Assembly (NCBI GenBank): GCA_000004985.1 | Contig: GG738939.1 | Strand: one strand, 5' to 3' | DNA length: 51,393 bases | From: Naegleria gruberi | Lineage: Eukaryota | Shown here: in pieces, positions 22,401-33,968 of the stretch | Position numbering within the stretch: the stretch's first letter is position 1 | Layout: each line of letters starts with the position of its first letter | The notes under the pieces: generated by a model | Databases searched by the model: none | Seen by the model: only the letters and a program-made list of their open reading frames with translations | What the model was told of the DNA's origin: nothing | Made by a program: the position numbers and the translations under genes

Positions 22401-25400
22401 NNNNNNNNNNNNNNNNNNNNNNNNNNNNNNNNNNNNNNNNNNNNNNNNNNNNNNNNNNNNNNNNNNNNNNNNNNNNNNNNNNNNNNNNNNNNNNNNNNNN
22501 NNNNNNNNNNNNNNNNNNNNNNNNNNNNNNNNNNNNNNNNNNNNNNNNNNNNNNNNNNNNNNNNNNNNNNNNNNNNNNNNNNNNNNNNNNNNNNNNNNNN
22601 NNNNNNNNNNNNNNNNNNNNNNNNNNNNNNNNNNNNNNNNNNNNNNNNNNNNNNNNNNNNNNNNNNNNNNNNNNNNNNNNNNNNNNNNNNNNNNNNNNNN
22701 NNNNNNNNNNNNNNNNNNNNNNNNNNNNNNNNNNNNNNNNNNNNNNNNNNNNNNNNNNNNNNNNNNNNNNNNNNNNNNNNNNNNNNNNNNNNNNNNNNNN
22801 NNNNNNNNNNNNNNNNNNNNNNNNNNNNNNNNNNNNNNNNNNNNNNNNNNNNNNNNNNNNNNNNNNNNNNNNNNNNNNNNNNNNNNNNNNNNNNNNNNNN
22901 NNNNNNNNNNNNNNNNNNNNNNNNNNNNNNNNNNNNNNNNNNNNNNNNNNNNNNNNNNNNNNNNNNNNNNNNNNNNNNNNNNNNNNNNNNNNNNNNNNNN
23001 NNNNNNNNNNNNNNNNNNNNNNNNNNNNNNNNNNNNNNNNNNNNNNNNNNNNNNNNNNNNNNNNNNNNNNNNNNNNNNNNNNNNNNNNNNNNNNNNNNNN
23101 NNNNNNNNNNNNNNNNNNNNNNNNNNNNNNNNNNNNNNNNNNNNNNNNNNNNNNNNNNNNNNNNNNNNNNNNNNNNNNNNNNNNNNNNNNNNNNNNNNNN
23201 NNNNNNNNNNNNNNNNNNNNNNNNNNNNNNNNNNNNNNNNNNNNNNNNNNNNNNNNNNNNNNNNNNNNNNNNNNNNNNNNNNNNNNNNNNNNNNNNNNNN
23301 NNNNNNNNNNNNNNNNNNNNNNNNNNNNNNNNNNNNNNNNNNNNNNNNNNNNNNNNNNNNNNNNNNNNNNNNNNNNNNNNNNNNNNNNNNNNNNNNNNNN
23401 NNNNNNNNNNNNNNNNNNNNNNNNNNNNNNNNNNNNNNNNNNNNNNNNNNNNNNNNNNNNNNNNNNNNNNNNNNNNNNNNNNNNNNNNNNNNNNNNNNNN
23501 NNNNNNNNNNNNNNNNNNNNNNNNNNNNNNNNNNNNNNNNNNNNNNNNNNNNNNNNNNNNNNNNNNNNNNNNNNNNNNNNNNNNNNNNNNNNNNNNNNNN
23601 NNNNNNNNNNNNNNNNNNNNNNNNNNNNNNNNNNNNNNNNNNNNNNNNNNNNNNNNNNNNNNNNNNNNNNNNNNNNNNNNNNNNNNNNNNNNNNNNNNNN
23701 NNNNNNNNNNNNNNNNNNNNNNNNNNNNNNNNNNNNNNNNNNNNNNNNNNNNNNNNNNNNNNNNNNNNNNNNNNNNNNNNNNNNNNNNNNNNNNNNNNNN
23801 NNNNNNNNNNNNNNNNNNNNNNNNNNNNNNNNNNNNNNNNNNNNNNNNNNNNNNNNNNNNNNNNNNNNNNNNNNNNNNNNNNNNNNNNNNNNNNNNNNNN
23901 NNNNNNNNNNNNNNNNNNNNNNNNNNNNNNNNNNNNNNNNNNNNNNNNNNNNNNNNNNNNNNNNNNNNNNNNNNNNNNNNNNNNNNNNNNNNNNNNNNNN
24001 NNNNNNNNNNNNNNNNNNNNNNNNNNNNNNNNNNNNNNNNNNNNNNNNNNNNNNNNNNNNNNNNNNNNNNNNNNNNNNNNNNNNNNNNNNNNNNNNNNNN
24101 NNNNNNNNNNNNNNNNNNNNNNNNNNNNNNNNNNNNNNNNNNNNNNNNNNNNNNNNNNNNNNNNNNNNNNNNNNNNNNNNNNNNNNNNNNNNNNNNNNNN
24201 NNNNNNNNNNNNNNNNNNNNNNNNNNNNNNNNNNNNNNNNNNNNNNNNNNNNNNNNNNNNNNNNNNNNNNNNNNNNNNNNNNNNNNNNNNNNNNNNNNNN
24301 NNNNNNNNNNNNNNNNNNNNNNNNNNNNNNNNNNNNNNNNNNNNNNNNNNNNNNNNNNNNNNNNNNNNNNNNNNNNNNNNNNNNNNNNNNNNNNNNNNNN
24401 NNNNNNNNNNNNNNNNNNNNNNNNNNNNNNNNNNNNNNNNNNNNNNNNNNNNNNNNNNNNNNNNNNNNNNNNNNNNNNNNNNNNNNNNNNNNNNNNNNNN
24501 NNNNNNNNNNNNNNNNNNNNNNNNNNNNNNNNNNNNNNNNNNNNNNNNNNNNNNNNNNNNNNNNNNNNNNNNNNNNNNNNNNNNNNNNNNNNNNNNNNNN
24601 NNNNNNNNNNNNNNNNNNNNNNNNNNNNNNNNNNNNNNNNNNNNNNNNNNNNNNNNNNNNNNNNNNNNNNNNNNNNNNNNNNNNNNNNNNNNNNNNNNNN
24701 NNNNNNNNNNNNNNNNNNNNNNNNNNNNNNNNNNNNNNNNNNNNNNNNNNNNNNNNNNNNNNNNNNNNNNNNNNNNNNNNNNNNNNNNNNNNNNNNNNNN
24801 NNNNNNNNNNNNNNNNNNNNNNNNNNNNNNNNNNNNNNNNNNNNNNNNNNNNNNNNNNNNNNNNNNNNNNNNNNNNNNNNNNNNNNNNNNNNNNNNNNNN
24901 NNNNNNNNNNNNNNNNNNNNNNNNNNNNNNNNNNNNNNNNNNNNNNNNNNNNNNNNNNNNNNNNNNNNNNNNNNNNNNNNNNNNNNNNNNNNNNNNNNNN
25001 NNNNNNNNNNNNNNNNNNNNNNNNNNNNNNNNNNNNNNNNNNNNNNNNNNNNNNNNNNNNNNNNNNNNNNNNNNNNNNNNNNNNNNNNNNNNNNNNNNNN
25101 NNNNNNNNNNNNNNNNNNNNNNNNNNNNNNNNNNNNNNNNNNNNNNNNNNNNNNNNNNNNNNNNNNNNNNNNNNNNNNNNNNNNNNNNNNNNNNNNNNNN
25201 NNNNNNNNNNNNNNNNNNNNNNNNNNNNNNNNNNNNNNNNNNNNNNNNNNNNNNNNNNNNNNNNNNNNNNNNNNNNNNNNNNNNNNNNNNNNNNNNNNNN
25301 NNNNNNNNNNNNNNNNNNNNNNNNNNNNNNNNNNNNNNNNNNNNNNNNNNNNNNNNNNNNNNNNNNNNNNNNNNNNNNNNNNNNNNNNNNNNNNNNNNNN

Positions 25401-28400
25401 NNNNNNNNNNNNNNNNNNNNNNNNNNNNNNNNNNNNNNNNNNNNNNNNNNNNNNNNNNNNNNNNNNNNNNNNNNNNNNNNNNNNNNNNNNNNNNNNNNNN
25501 NNNNNNNNNNNNNNNNNNNNNNNNNNNNNNNNNNNNNNNNNNNNNNNNNNNNNNNNNNNNNNNNNNNNNNNNNNNNNNNNNNNNNNNNNNNNNNNNNNNN
25601 NNNNNNNNNNNNNNNNNNNNNNNNNNNNNNNNNNNNNNNNNNNNNNNNNNNNNNNNNNNNNNNNNNNNNNNNNNNNNNNNNNNNNNNNNNNNNNNNNNNN
25701 NNNNNNNNNNNNNNNNNNNNNNNNNNNNNNNNNNNNNNNNNNNNNNNNNNNNNNNNNNNNNNNNNNNNNNNNNNNNNNNNNNNNNNNNNNNNNNNNNNNN
25801 NNNNNNNNNNNNNNNNNNNNNNNNNNNNNNNNNNNNNNNNNNNNNNNNNNNNNNNNNNNNNNNNNNNNNNNNNNNNNNNNNNNNNNNNNNNNNNNNNNNN
25901 NNNNNNNNNNNNNNNNNNNNNNNNNNNNNNNNNNNNNNNNNNNNNNNNNNNNNNNNNNNNNNNNNNNNNNNNNNNNNNNNNNNNNNNNNNNNNNNNNNNN
26001 NNNNNNNNNNNNNNNNNNNNNNNNNNNNNNNNNNNNNNNNNNNNNNNNNNNNNNNNNNNNNNNNNNNNNNNNNNNNNNNNNNNNNNNNNNNNNNNNNNNN
26101 NNNNNNNNNNNNNNNNNNNNNNNNNNNNNNNNNNNNNNNNNNNNNNNNNNNNNNNNNNNNNNNNNNNNNNNNNNNNNNNNNNNNNNNNNNNNNNNNNNNN
26201 NNNNNNNNNNNNNNNNNNNNNNNNNNNNNNNNNNNNNNNNNNNNNNNNNNNNNNNNNNNNNNNNNNNNNNNNNNNNNNNNNNNNNNNNNNNNNNNNNNNN
26301 NNNNNNNNNNNNNNNNNNNNNNNNNNNNNNNNNNNNNNNNNNNNNNNNNNNNNNNNNNNNNNNNNNNNNNNNNNNNNNNNNNNNNNNNNNNNNNNNNNNN
26401 NNNNNNNNNNNNNNNNNNNNNNNNNNNNNNNNNNNNNNNNNNNNNNNNNNNNNNNNNNNNNNNNNNNNNNNNNNNNNNNNNNNNNNNNNNNNNNNNNNNN
26501 NNNNNNNNNNNNNNNNNNNNNNNNNNNNNNNNNNNNNNNNNNNNNNNNNNNNNNNNNNNNNNNNNNNNNNNNNNNNNNNNNNNNNNNNNNNNNNNNNNNN
26601 NNNNNNNNNNNNNNNNNNNNNNNNNNNNNNNNNNNNNNNNNNNNNNNNNNNNNNNNNNNNNNNNNNNNNNNNNNNNNNNNNNNNNNNNNNNNNNNNNNNN
26701 NNNNNNNNNNNNNNNNNNNNNNNNNNNNNNNNNNNNNNNNNNNNNNNNNNNNNNNNNNNNNNNNNNNNNNNNNNNNNNNNNNNNNNNNNNNNNNNNNNNN
26801 NNNNNNNNNNNNNNNNNNNNNNNNNNNNNNNNNNNNNNNNNNNNNNNNNNNNNNNNNNNNNNNNNNNNNNNNNNNNNNNNNNNNNNNNNNNNNNNNNNNN
26901 NNNNNNNNNNNNNNNNNNNNNNNNNNNNNNNNNNNNNNNNNNNNNNNNNNNNNNNNNNNNNNNNNNNNNNNNNNNNNNNNNNNNNNNNNNNNNNNNNNNN
27001 NNNNNNNNNNNNNNNNNNNNNNNNNNNNNNNNNNNNNNNNNNNNNNNNNNNNNNNNNNNNNNNNNNNNNNNNNNNNNNNNNNNNNNNNNNNNNNNNNNNN
27101 NNNNNNNNNNNNNNNNNNNNNNNNNNNNNNNNNNNNNNNNNNNNNNNNNNNNNNNNNNNNNNNNNNNNNNNNNNNNNNNNNNNNNNNNNNNNNNNNNNNN
27201 NNNNNNNNNNNNNNNNNNNNNNNNNNNNNNNNNNNNNNNNNNNNNNNNNNNNNNNNNNNNNNNNNNNNNNNNNNNNNNNNNNNNNNNNNNNNNNNNNNNN
27301 NNNNNNNNNNNNNNNNNNNNNNNNNNNNNNNNNNNNNNNNNNNNNNNNNNNNNNNNNNNNNNNNNNNNNNNNNNNNNNNNNNNNNNNNNNNNNNNNNNNN
27401 NNNNNNNNNNNNNNNNNNNNNNNNNNNNNNNNNNNNNNNNNNNNNNNNNNNNNNNNNNNNNNNNNNNNNNNNNNNNNNNNNNNNNNNNNNNNNNNNNNNN
27501 NNNNNNNNNNNNNNNNNNNNNNNNNNNNNNNNNNNNNNNNNNNNNNNNNNNNNNNNNNNNNNNNNNNNNNNNNNNNNNNNNNNNNNNNNNNNNNNNNNNN
27601 NNNNNNNNNNNNNNNNNNNNNNNNNNNNNNNNNNNNNNNNNNNNNNNNNNNNNNNNNNNNNNNNNNNNNNNNNNNNNNNNNNNNNNNNNNNNNNNNNNNN
27701 NNNNNNNNNNNNNNNNNNNNNNNNNNNNNNNNNNNNNNNNNNNNNNNNNNNNNNNNNNNNNNNNNNNNNNNNNNNNNNNNNNNNNNNNNNNNNNNNNNNN
27801 NNNNNNNNNNNNNNNNNNNNNNNNNNNNNNNNNNNNNNNNNNNNNNNNNNNNNNNNNNNNNNNNNNNNNNNNNNNNNNNNNNNNNNNNNNNNNNNNNNNN
27901 NNNNNNNNNNNNNNNNNNNNNNNNNNNNNNNNNNNNNNNNNNNNNNNNNNNNNNNNNNNNNNNNNNNNNNNNNNNNNNNNNNNNNNNNNNNNNNNNNNNN
28001 NNNNNNNNNNNNNNNNNNNNNNNNNNNNNNNNNNNNNNNNNNNNNNNNNNNNNNNNNNNNNNNNNNNNNNNNNNNNNNNNNNNNNNNNNNNNNNNNNNNN
28101 NNNNNNNNNNNNNNNNNNNNNNNNNNNNNNNNNNNNNNNNNNNNNNNNNNNNNNNNNNNNNNNNNNNNNNNNNNNNNNNNNNNNNNNNNNNNNNNNNNNN
28201 NNNNNNNNNNNNNNNNNNNNNNNNNNNNNNNNNNNNNNNNNNNNNNNNNNNNNNNNNNNNNNNNNNNNNNNNNNNNNNNNNNNNNNNNNNNNNNNNNNNN
28301 NNNNNNNNNNNNNNNNNNNNNNNNNNNNNNNNNNNNNNNNNNNNNNNNNNNNNNNNNNNNNNNNNNNNNNNNNNNNNNNNNNNNNNNNNNNNNNNNNNNN

Positions 28401-30854
28401 NNNNNNNNNNNNNNNNNNNNNNNNNNNNNNNNNNNNNNNNNNNNNNNNNNNNNNNNNNNNNNNNNNNNNNNNNNNNNNNNNNNNNNNNNNNNNNNNNNNN
28501 NNNNNNNNNNNNNNNNNNNNNNNNNNNNNNNNNNNNNNNNNNNNNNNNNNNNNNNNNNNNNNNNNNNNNNNNNNNNNNNNNNNNNNNNNNNNNNNNNNNN
28601 NNNNNNNNNNNNNNNNNNNNNNNNNNNNNNNNNNNNNNNNNNNNNNNNNNNNNNNNNNNNNNNNNNNNNNNNNNNNNNNNNNNNNNNNNNNNNNNNNNNN
28701 NNNNNNNNNNNNNNNNNNNNNNNNNNNNNNNNNNNNNNNNNNNNNNNNNNNNNNNNNNNNNNNNNNNNNNNNNNNNNNNNNNNNNNNNNNNNNNNNNNNN
28801 NNNNNNNNNNNNNNNNNNNNNNNNNNNNNNNNNNNNNNNNNNNNNNNNNNNNNNNNNNNNNNNNNNNNNNNNNNNNNNNNNNNNNNNNNNNNNNNNNNNN
28901 NNNNNNNNNNNNNNNNNNNNNNNNNNNNNNNNNNNNNNNNNNNNNNNNNNNNNNNNNNNNNNNNNNNNNNNNNNNNNNNNNNNNNNNNNNNNNNNNNNNN
29001 NNNNNNNNNNNNNNNNNNNNNNNNNNNNNNNNNNNNNNNNNNNNNNNNNNNNNNNNNNNNNNNNNNNNNNNNNNNNNNNNNNNNNNNNNNNNNNNNNNNN
29101 NNNNNNNNNNNNNNNNNNNNNNNNNNNNNNNNNNNNNNNNNNNNNNNNNNNNNNNNNNNNNNNNNNNNNNNNNNNNNNNNNNNNNNNNNNNNNNNNNNNN
29201 NNNNNNNNNNNNNNNNNNNNNNNNNNNNNNNNNNNNNNNNNNNNNNNNNNNNNNNNNNNNNNNNNNNNNNNNNNNNNNNNNNNNNNNNNNNNNNNNNNNN
29301 NNNNNNNNNNNNNNNNNNNNNNNNNNNNNNNNNNNNNNNNNNNNNNNNNNNNNNNNNNNNNNNNNNNNNNNNNNNNNNNNNNNNNNNNNNNNNNNNNNNN
29401 NNNNNNNNNNNNNNNNNNNNNNNNNNNNNNNNNNNNNNNNNNNNNNNNNNNNNNNNNNNNNNNNNNNNNNNNNNNNNNNNNNNNNNNNNNNNNNNNNNNN
29501 NNNNNNNNNNNNNNNNNNNNNNNNNNNNNNNNNNNNNNNNNNNNNNNNNNNNNNNNNNNNNNNNNNNNNNNNNNNNNNNNNNNNNNNNNNNNNNNNNNNN
29601 NNNNNNNNNNNNNNNNNNNNNNNNNNNNNNNNNNNNNNNNNNNNNNNNNNNNNNNNNNNNNNNNNNNNNNNNNNNNNNNNNNNNNNNNNNNNNNNNNNNN
29701 NNNNNNNNNNNNNNNNNNNNNNNNNNNNNNNNNNNNNNNNNNNNNNNNNNNNNNNNNNNNNNNNNNNNNNNNNNNNNNNNNNNNNNNNNNNNNNNNNNNN
29801 NNNNNNNNNNNNNNNNNNNNNNNNNNNNNNNNNNNNNNNNNNNNNNNNNNNNNNNNNNNNNNNNNNNNNNNNNNNNNNNNNNNNNNNNNNNNNNNNNNNN
29901 NNNNNNNNNNNNNNNNNNNNNNNNNNNNNNNNNNNNNNNNNNNNNNNNNNNNNNNNNNNNNNNNNNNNNNNNNNNNNNNNNNNNNNNNNNNNNNNNNNNN
30001 NNNNNNNNNNNNNNNNNNNNNNNNNNNNNNNNNNNNNNNNNNNNNNNNNNNNNNNNNNNNNNNNNNNNNNNNNNNNNNNNNNNNNNNNNNNNNNNNNNNN
30101 NNNNNNNNNNNNNNNNNNNNNNNNNNNNNNNNNNNNNNNNNNNNNNNNNNNNNNNNNNNNNNNNNNNNNNNNNNNNNNNNNNNNNNNNNNNNNNNNNNNN
30201 NNNNNNNNNNNNNNNNNNNNNNNNNNNNNNNNNNNNNNNNNNNNNNNNNNNNNNNNNNNNNNNNNNNNNNNNNNNNNNNNNNNNNNNNNNNNNNNNNNNN
30301 NNNNNNNNNNNNNNNNNNNNNNNNNNNNNNNNNNNNNNNNNNNNNNNNNNNNNNNNNNNNNNNNNNNNNNNNNNNNNNNNNNNNNNNNNNNNNNNNNNNN
30401 NNNNNNNNNNNNNNNNNNNNNNNNNNNNNNNNNNNNNNNNNNNNNNNNNNNNNNNNNNNNNNNNNNNNNNNNNNNNNNNNNNNNNNNNNNNNNNNNNNNN
30501 NNNNNNNNNNNNNNNNNNNNNNNNNNNNNNNNNNNNNNNNNNNNNNNNNNNNNNNNNNNNNNNNNNNNNNNNNNNNNNNNNNNNNNNNNNNNNNNNNNNN
30601 NNNNNNNNNNNNNNNNNNNNNNNNNNNNNNNNNNNNNNNNNNNNNNNNNNNNNNNNNNNNNNNNNNNNNNNNNNNNNNNNNNNNNNNNNNNNNNNNNNNN
30701 NNNNNNNNNNNNNNNNNNNNNNNNNNNNNNNNNNNNNNNNNNNNNNNNNNNNNNNNNNNNNNNNNNNNNNNNNNNNNNNNNNNNNNNNNNNNNNNNNNNN
30801 NNNNNNNNNNNNNNNNNNNNNNNNNNNNNNNNNNNNNNNNNNNNNNNNNNNNNN

Positions 30855-33019
30855 GGTATCTACGTTGGCAGCAATGAATCCGAAATCCTTTCTATTGGTG
30901 AATTTAGATATCGAAGGAGCTTATGACTCTGTTGAAGTTTCTGTTATTGAATTAGCTCTAAAACATTGCAAATTTCCAATTAATTTAATTCAATTTATTA
31001 TTAATTCTTACAAAGAACACACTCTACAACTTGAAATCAATAACCACTTGTCCGAACCAATTACAAAATCCAGGGGAATCCCACAAGGTTGTCCATTATC
31101 ACCCCTGATTTATGATTGTATAACACAATTAATTATTGACAAAAGTATAGATGTTTGGAAATTACCAAAAGATCCTTGTAATCTTAATGCAAACGAAATA
31201 GGTATCCTTGGTTTTGCAGATGATATGTATCTTATTGCTGACACATCTGATATTAATACCGATTATAACGAAAGATTAAATGAATTAGATAGATGGGTAA
31301 CTGATCTTGCGTTAAAAATCAACCCTTCTAAATCAGTTGCAACAATACTGACTGAAAATGAATTGGATATAACCCCAAAAATTAATAATGTGAAAATTCC
31401 AATTCAGAAAAATATCAGAGTATTAGGTCATTATCCTTGGGAAGACCAACTTGTACAAGAAGATATTGAAAAAAGAATTTCCCTGTTTGAACTTTCCCTA
31501 AAATATCTTCCAATTAGATCATTAGAAATAAGAAATTTTAGAAAAGTAATCCAAGCTAAAGTATTGAGCCTATTCACACATATTACTCGTAGTAATGTTA
31601 TTTCAACCAAATATTGTGATAGAATTAATATTGCAATTAGACAAGCAATAAGAAGAAGAGGTAACTTACATTCAGCTACATCTACAGATTGGTTTCACTT
31701 ACCACTAGATCAAGGAGGTCTTAATATCCCTAAAATTGATGAATTTATTGAAAGACTACACATTAAGACCATTATGCAATTGAGAAATCAAAGAAATACC
31801 CTTGTCAGAAAAGCGTTTAACTGGGGAATTGATAATATTTCAAATTATAATTCAATATTCCATCAAATGAATCAAAGTTTGAAGCATTTTGACTTAACAT
31901 TTAATCAAAACTCAATAGAACCTTTAAGACCTTCAATTCTACAAGGTCAAAACTTTGAAATTTATACTGATGGATCGAAAATGGATGAAAATTCGACAGG
32001 ATTTGGTATCTACTTTCATAAAGGGGTAATTGAAGGAAATGAACAATTAAGCTTTAATATCGATGGAAGATACTCTCATAATGTAGCTGAATTGACTGCA
32101 ATTCTTATGGCTTCTAAATTATTACCTAATAATTCAAAAGCTACTATATTTACAGACAGCAAAATATCTATTGATATTCTAAATCCAAGATATGATGGGA
32201 AATTTTCCATTTTTAAAGATGAATTTTATAGAACAATATTTGATAAGAATTTGAAAATTAAATTGGAAAAGGTAAAAGGACATGTTGATCCTAATAATAT
32301 AATCGTTGATGAATTAGCCAAAAAGGGTTCGAAACAATATAATATTTCCATTGATATTAGAAAGCTTCTTCCTAATGCCATGTATTTAGAAAATAATGGA
32401 ACCATTATATTTGATCTACAGAATTATTTGAAAGGTATTCAAAGAGATAGGAGAGCTACCATTGCTAGAGATAAATCCAACCTAATTATAACCAAGGGAT
32501 GGTCCTCAGCAAATATCAAATACCTAAATTCTCATTTAGAACCTTACACCAAATTCTGTATCTGGAGAAACATGACAAATAATCATATTAGACAATACAA
32601 ACCCGTAAGCTGCTCGCACTGTGGAAGAATAGTTGAATTAGAACATTATATTTATTACTGTCCTGAAATGAGTGAAAAGCGAAACTACTTCTTGAATAAG
32701 TTCTATGAAATAACAAAATATAGAGCAATATTACATGATAGAAATGAATTTAGGTTTTCAAACAGATGGAAAGGATTCTTGATTAATCATAGAGGATTAT
32801 TAGATGAGAACAATCAAGATGAAATTAGAAGAAAATATCCATCAATTATTAGAAACTGGGTGGAAATTCAATCTTTACTGTCGTTACTTGTTGGTAAAGC
32901 ACATAAGAGATATTATCGTGATTTTCTTAAAACAAGAAAGAAAAACAAGAAGAAAACCAAAGAATAATCTATTTCGATTTCTAAAAAGATCCAATGGGTC
33001 TTTAATAAAGTTCAAAATA
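30855..33019 (+). mobile_element. Non-LTR (LINE-like) retrotransposon, copy A, 3' portion only; the 5' part is masked
   Basis: ORF2 C-terminal part with RT motifs (LVNLDIEGAYDSV, FADDMYLIA), an RNase H domain (FEIYTDGSK...AELTAIL...FTDSK...GHVDPNNIIVDELAKKG) and a CCHC knuckle (CSHCGRIVELEHYIYYCPE). 30855-31290 is 100% identical to 39566-40001 of copy B. A-rich 3' terminus ...gttcaaaataa. Confidence 0.9.
30856..32967 (+). CDS. LINE ORF2 C-terminal fragment (reverse transcriptase, RNase H, CCHC zinc knuckle); TAA stop at 32965-32967
   Basis: Frame continuous from the mask edge to the TAA. YxDD-type FADD motif, RNase H D/E/D/H residues, C-x2-C-x9-H-x4-C. The M at 30865 in the ORF track is a TTG codon (Leu), not a start. 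Confidence 0.9.
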   Translation, partial: VSTLAAMNPKSFLLVNLDIEGAYDSVEVSVIELALKHCKFPINLIQFIINSYKEHTLQLEINNHLSEPITKSRGIPQGCPLSPLIYDCITQLIIDKSIDVWKLPKDPCNLNANEIGILGFADDMYLIADTSDINTDYNERLNELDRWVTDLALKINPSKSVATILTENELDITPKINNVKIPIQKNIRVLGHYPWEDQLVQEDIEKRISLFELSLKYLPIRSLEIRNFRKVIQAKVLSLFTHITRSNVISTKYCDRINIAIRQAIRRRGNLHSATSTDWFHLPLDQGGLNIPKIDEFIERLHIKTIMQLRNQRNTLVRKAFNWGIDNISNYNSIFHQMNQSLKHFDLTFNQNSIEPLRPSILQGQNFEIYTDGSKMDENSTGFGIYFHKGVIEGNEQLSFNIDGRYSHNVAELTAILMASKLLPNNSKATIFTDSKISIDILNPRYDGKFSIFKDEFYRTIFDKNLKIKLEKVKGHVDPNNIIVDELAKKGSKQYNISIDIRKLLPNAMYLENNGTIIFDLQNYLKGIQRDRRATIARDKSNLIITKGWSSANIKYLNSHLEPYTKFCIWRNMTNNHIRQYKPVSCSHCGRIVELEHYIYYCPEMSEKRNYFLNKFYEITKYRAILHDRNEFRFSNRWKGFLINHRGLLDENNQDEIRRKYPSIIRNWVEIQSLLSLLVGKAHKRYYRDFLKTRKKNKKKTKE

Positions 33020-33036
33020 ATTTTTTTTTATTTGTG
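33020..33036 (+). repeat. 17-nt junction motif aTTTTTTTTTATTTGTG at the 3' boundary of LINE copy A, identical to the motif at the 5' boundary of copy B
   Basis: Exact 17/17 match to 36536..36552. Flanking sequence diverges immediately on both sides. The minus-strand reading is CACAAATAAAAAAAAAt. Confidence 0.8.
33027..33032 (-). promoter_or_regulatory. Candidate AATAAA polyadenylation signal for the minus-strand sterol desaturase gene, lying inside the LINE junction motif
   Basis: Plus-strand tttatt at 33027-33032 reads AATAAA on the minus strand, about 96 nt downstream of the TAA at 33130..33128. Confidence 0.35.
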
Positions 33037-33127
33037 GAATTGAACTCCGAAATAGTACAACTCCGGATTGAACTATAAAGTTCCTTATTTGTCAAGTGTT
33101 TAGTATTGAACACTGATGCTTACAAGG

Positions 33128-33968
33128 TTATTCTTGATGAATTTTATTCGATTCTGCTAGTTTCTTCTTTTGTTGTTTGAGTTTCCACTCAAAGAATCCA
33201 CCACAAGTTCCACACCAAATATCCCACCACATGAAATTCGATGAAAATACTCCACTACATCTACGATGATGAAAATCATGAAAATCAGCACCTCCAATTA
33301 AGTTTGGCGCCAAATTATTCGGAGAAAATGGGAAATCAAAGCCCGAATGAGTTTCACAAGCTGCCAATTGTCTAAGGTTGACAAAGATTAAGAGAGTAAG
33401 GAAGTGTGGACGGAGGAGAAGAGGTCCTAGAAAGGTGGCGAATCCAAGTATTAAAATTTCTAAGGGATGGGCGAAACTAGTGGAAAGTATAGTTGGAGAT
33501 TCGAATTCGTGATGGATTTTGTGGATGACGTGGTAGGCCCATGGTGTGTGAAGCCACCTATGGAACCAGTAGTGAGCTGTGTCTTCCATGAAGAAACAGA
33601 AAGCTAATTGAAGGAGAAGAACTTTCCAATTTGGGATATTCGAAACTTCGAGACTAAAGTAGTCAATTTGAGTAAGAAAGTGAAAAGCAACTGCATACAT
33701 TGGAAGAATCACCAAAAAGTAAATAAATAACAAATAGAATGTTGCCTTAACAATTTTCATTCCACTATTTTTCCTTTTCTGAAATAGTTTCGTCAAGGTT
33801 TCCAATAAAAATTTATATACTTACTGGTTGAATCTTATATTTCCTCAGAAAATCAAAGTCGCACCACTCTACCAACCACATCAATCCACTAGGAATGAAA
33901 TAATTCAAAAACAAAATGACAAATGGCAAGACAATTGTCACCATCGTGAGTGAATAATTCTCCAACAT
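33128..33968 (-). CDS. Fatty acid hydroxylase / sterol desaturase superfamily protein (ERG25/MSMO1-like C-4 methylsterol oxidase type). Two exons, join(33968..33825, 33778..33128), 264 aa
   Basis: Three histidine boxes (HRWLH, HKIHH, HDFHH) and N-terminal TM helices. Exon 1 starts at ATG 33968 and has 48 codons. A 46-nt intron (33824..33779, GTAAGT...TTTCAG) is phase 0/0 and removes an in-frame TAA. Exon 2 runs to TAA 33130..33128. The M at 33805 in the ORF track is a TTG codon inside the intron. Confidence 0.75.
33779..33824 (-). other. Spliceosomal intron, 46 nt, GTAAGT...TTTCAG
   Basis: The donor GT at 33824/33823 directly follows codon 48 (CCA). The acceptor AG at 33780/33779 precedes in-frame AAA AGG. 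Without splicing the frame hits TAA after 3 codons. Confidence 0.6.

Noticed and set aside
32804-33043. 79-aa plus-strand ORF overlapping the ORF2 3' end and the 3' flank
   Set aside because: An alternative frame of LINE ORF2 running through its stop. No independent support.
33128-33805. Start position of the ORF in the track for the sterol desaturase gene (M at 33805)
   Set aside because: That M is a TTG codon lying inside the 46-nt intron. It is replaced by the spliced two-exon model starting at ATG 33968. Several other first Ms in the track are also TTG or GTG (30865, 43895, 45719, 50011) and are not true starts.
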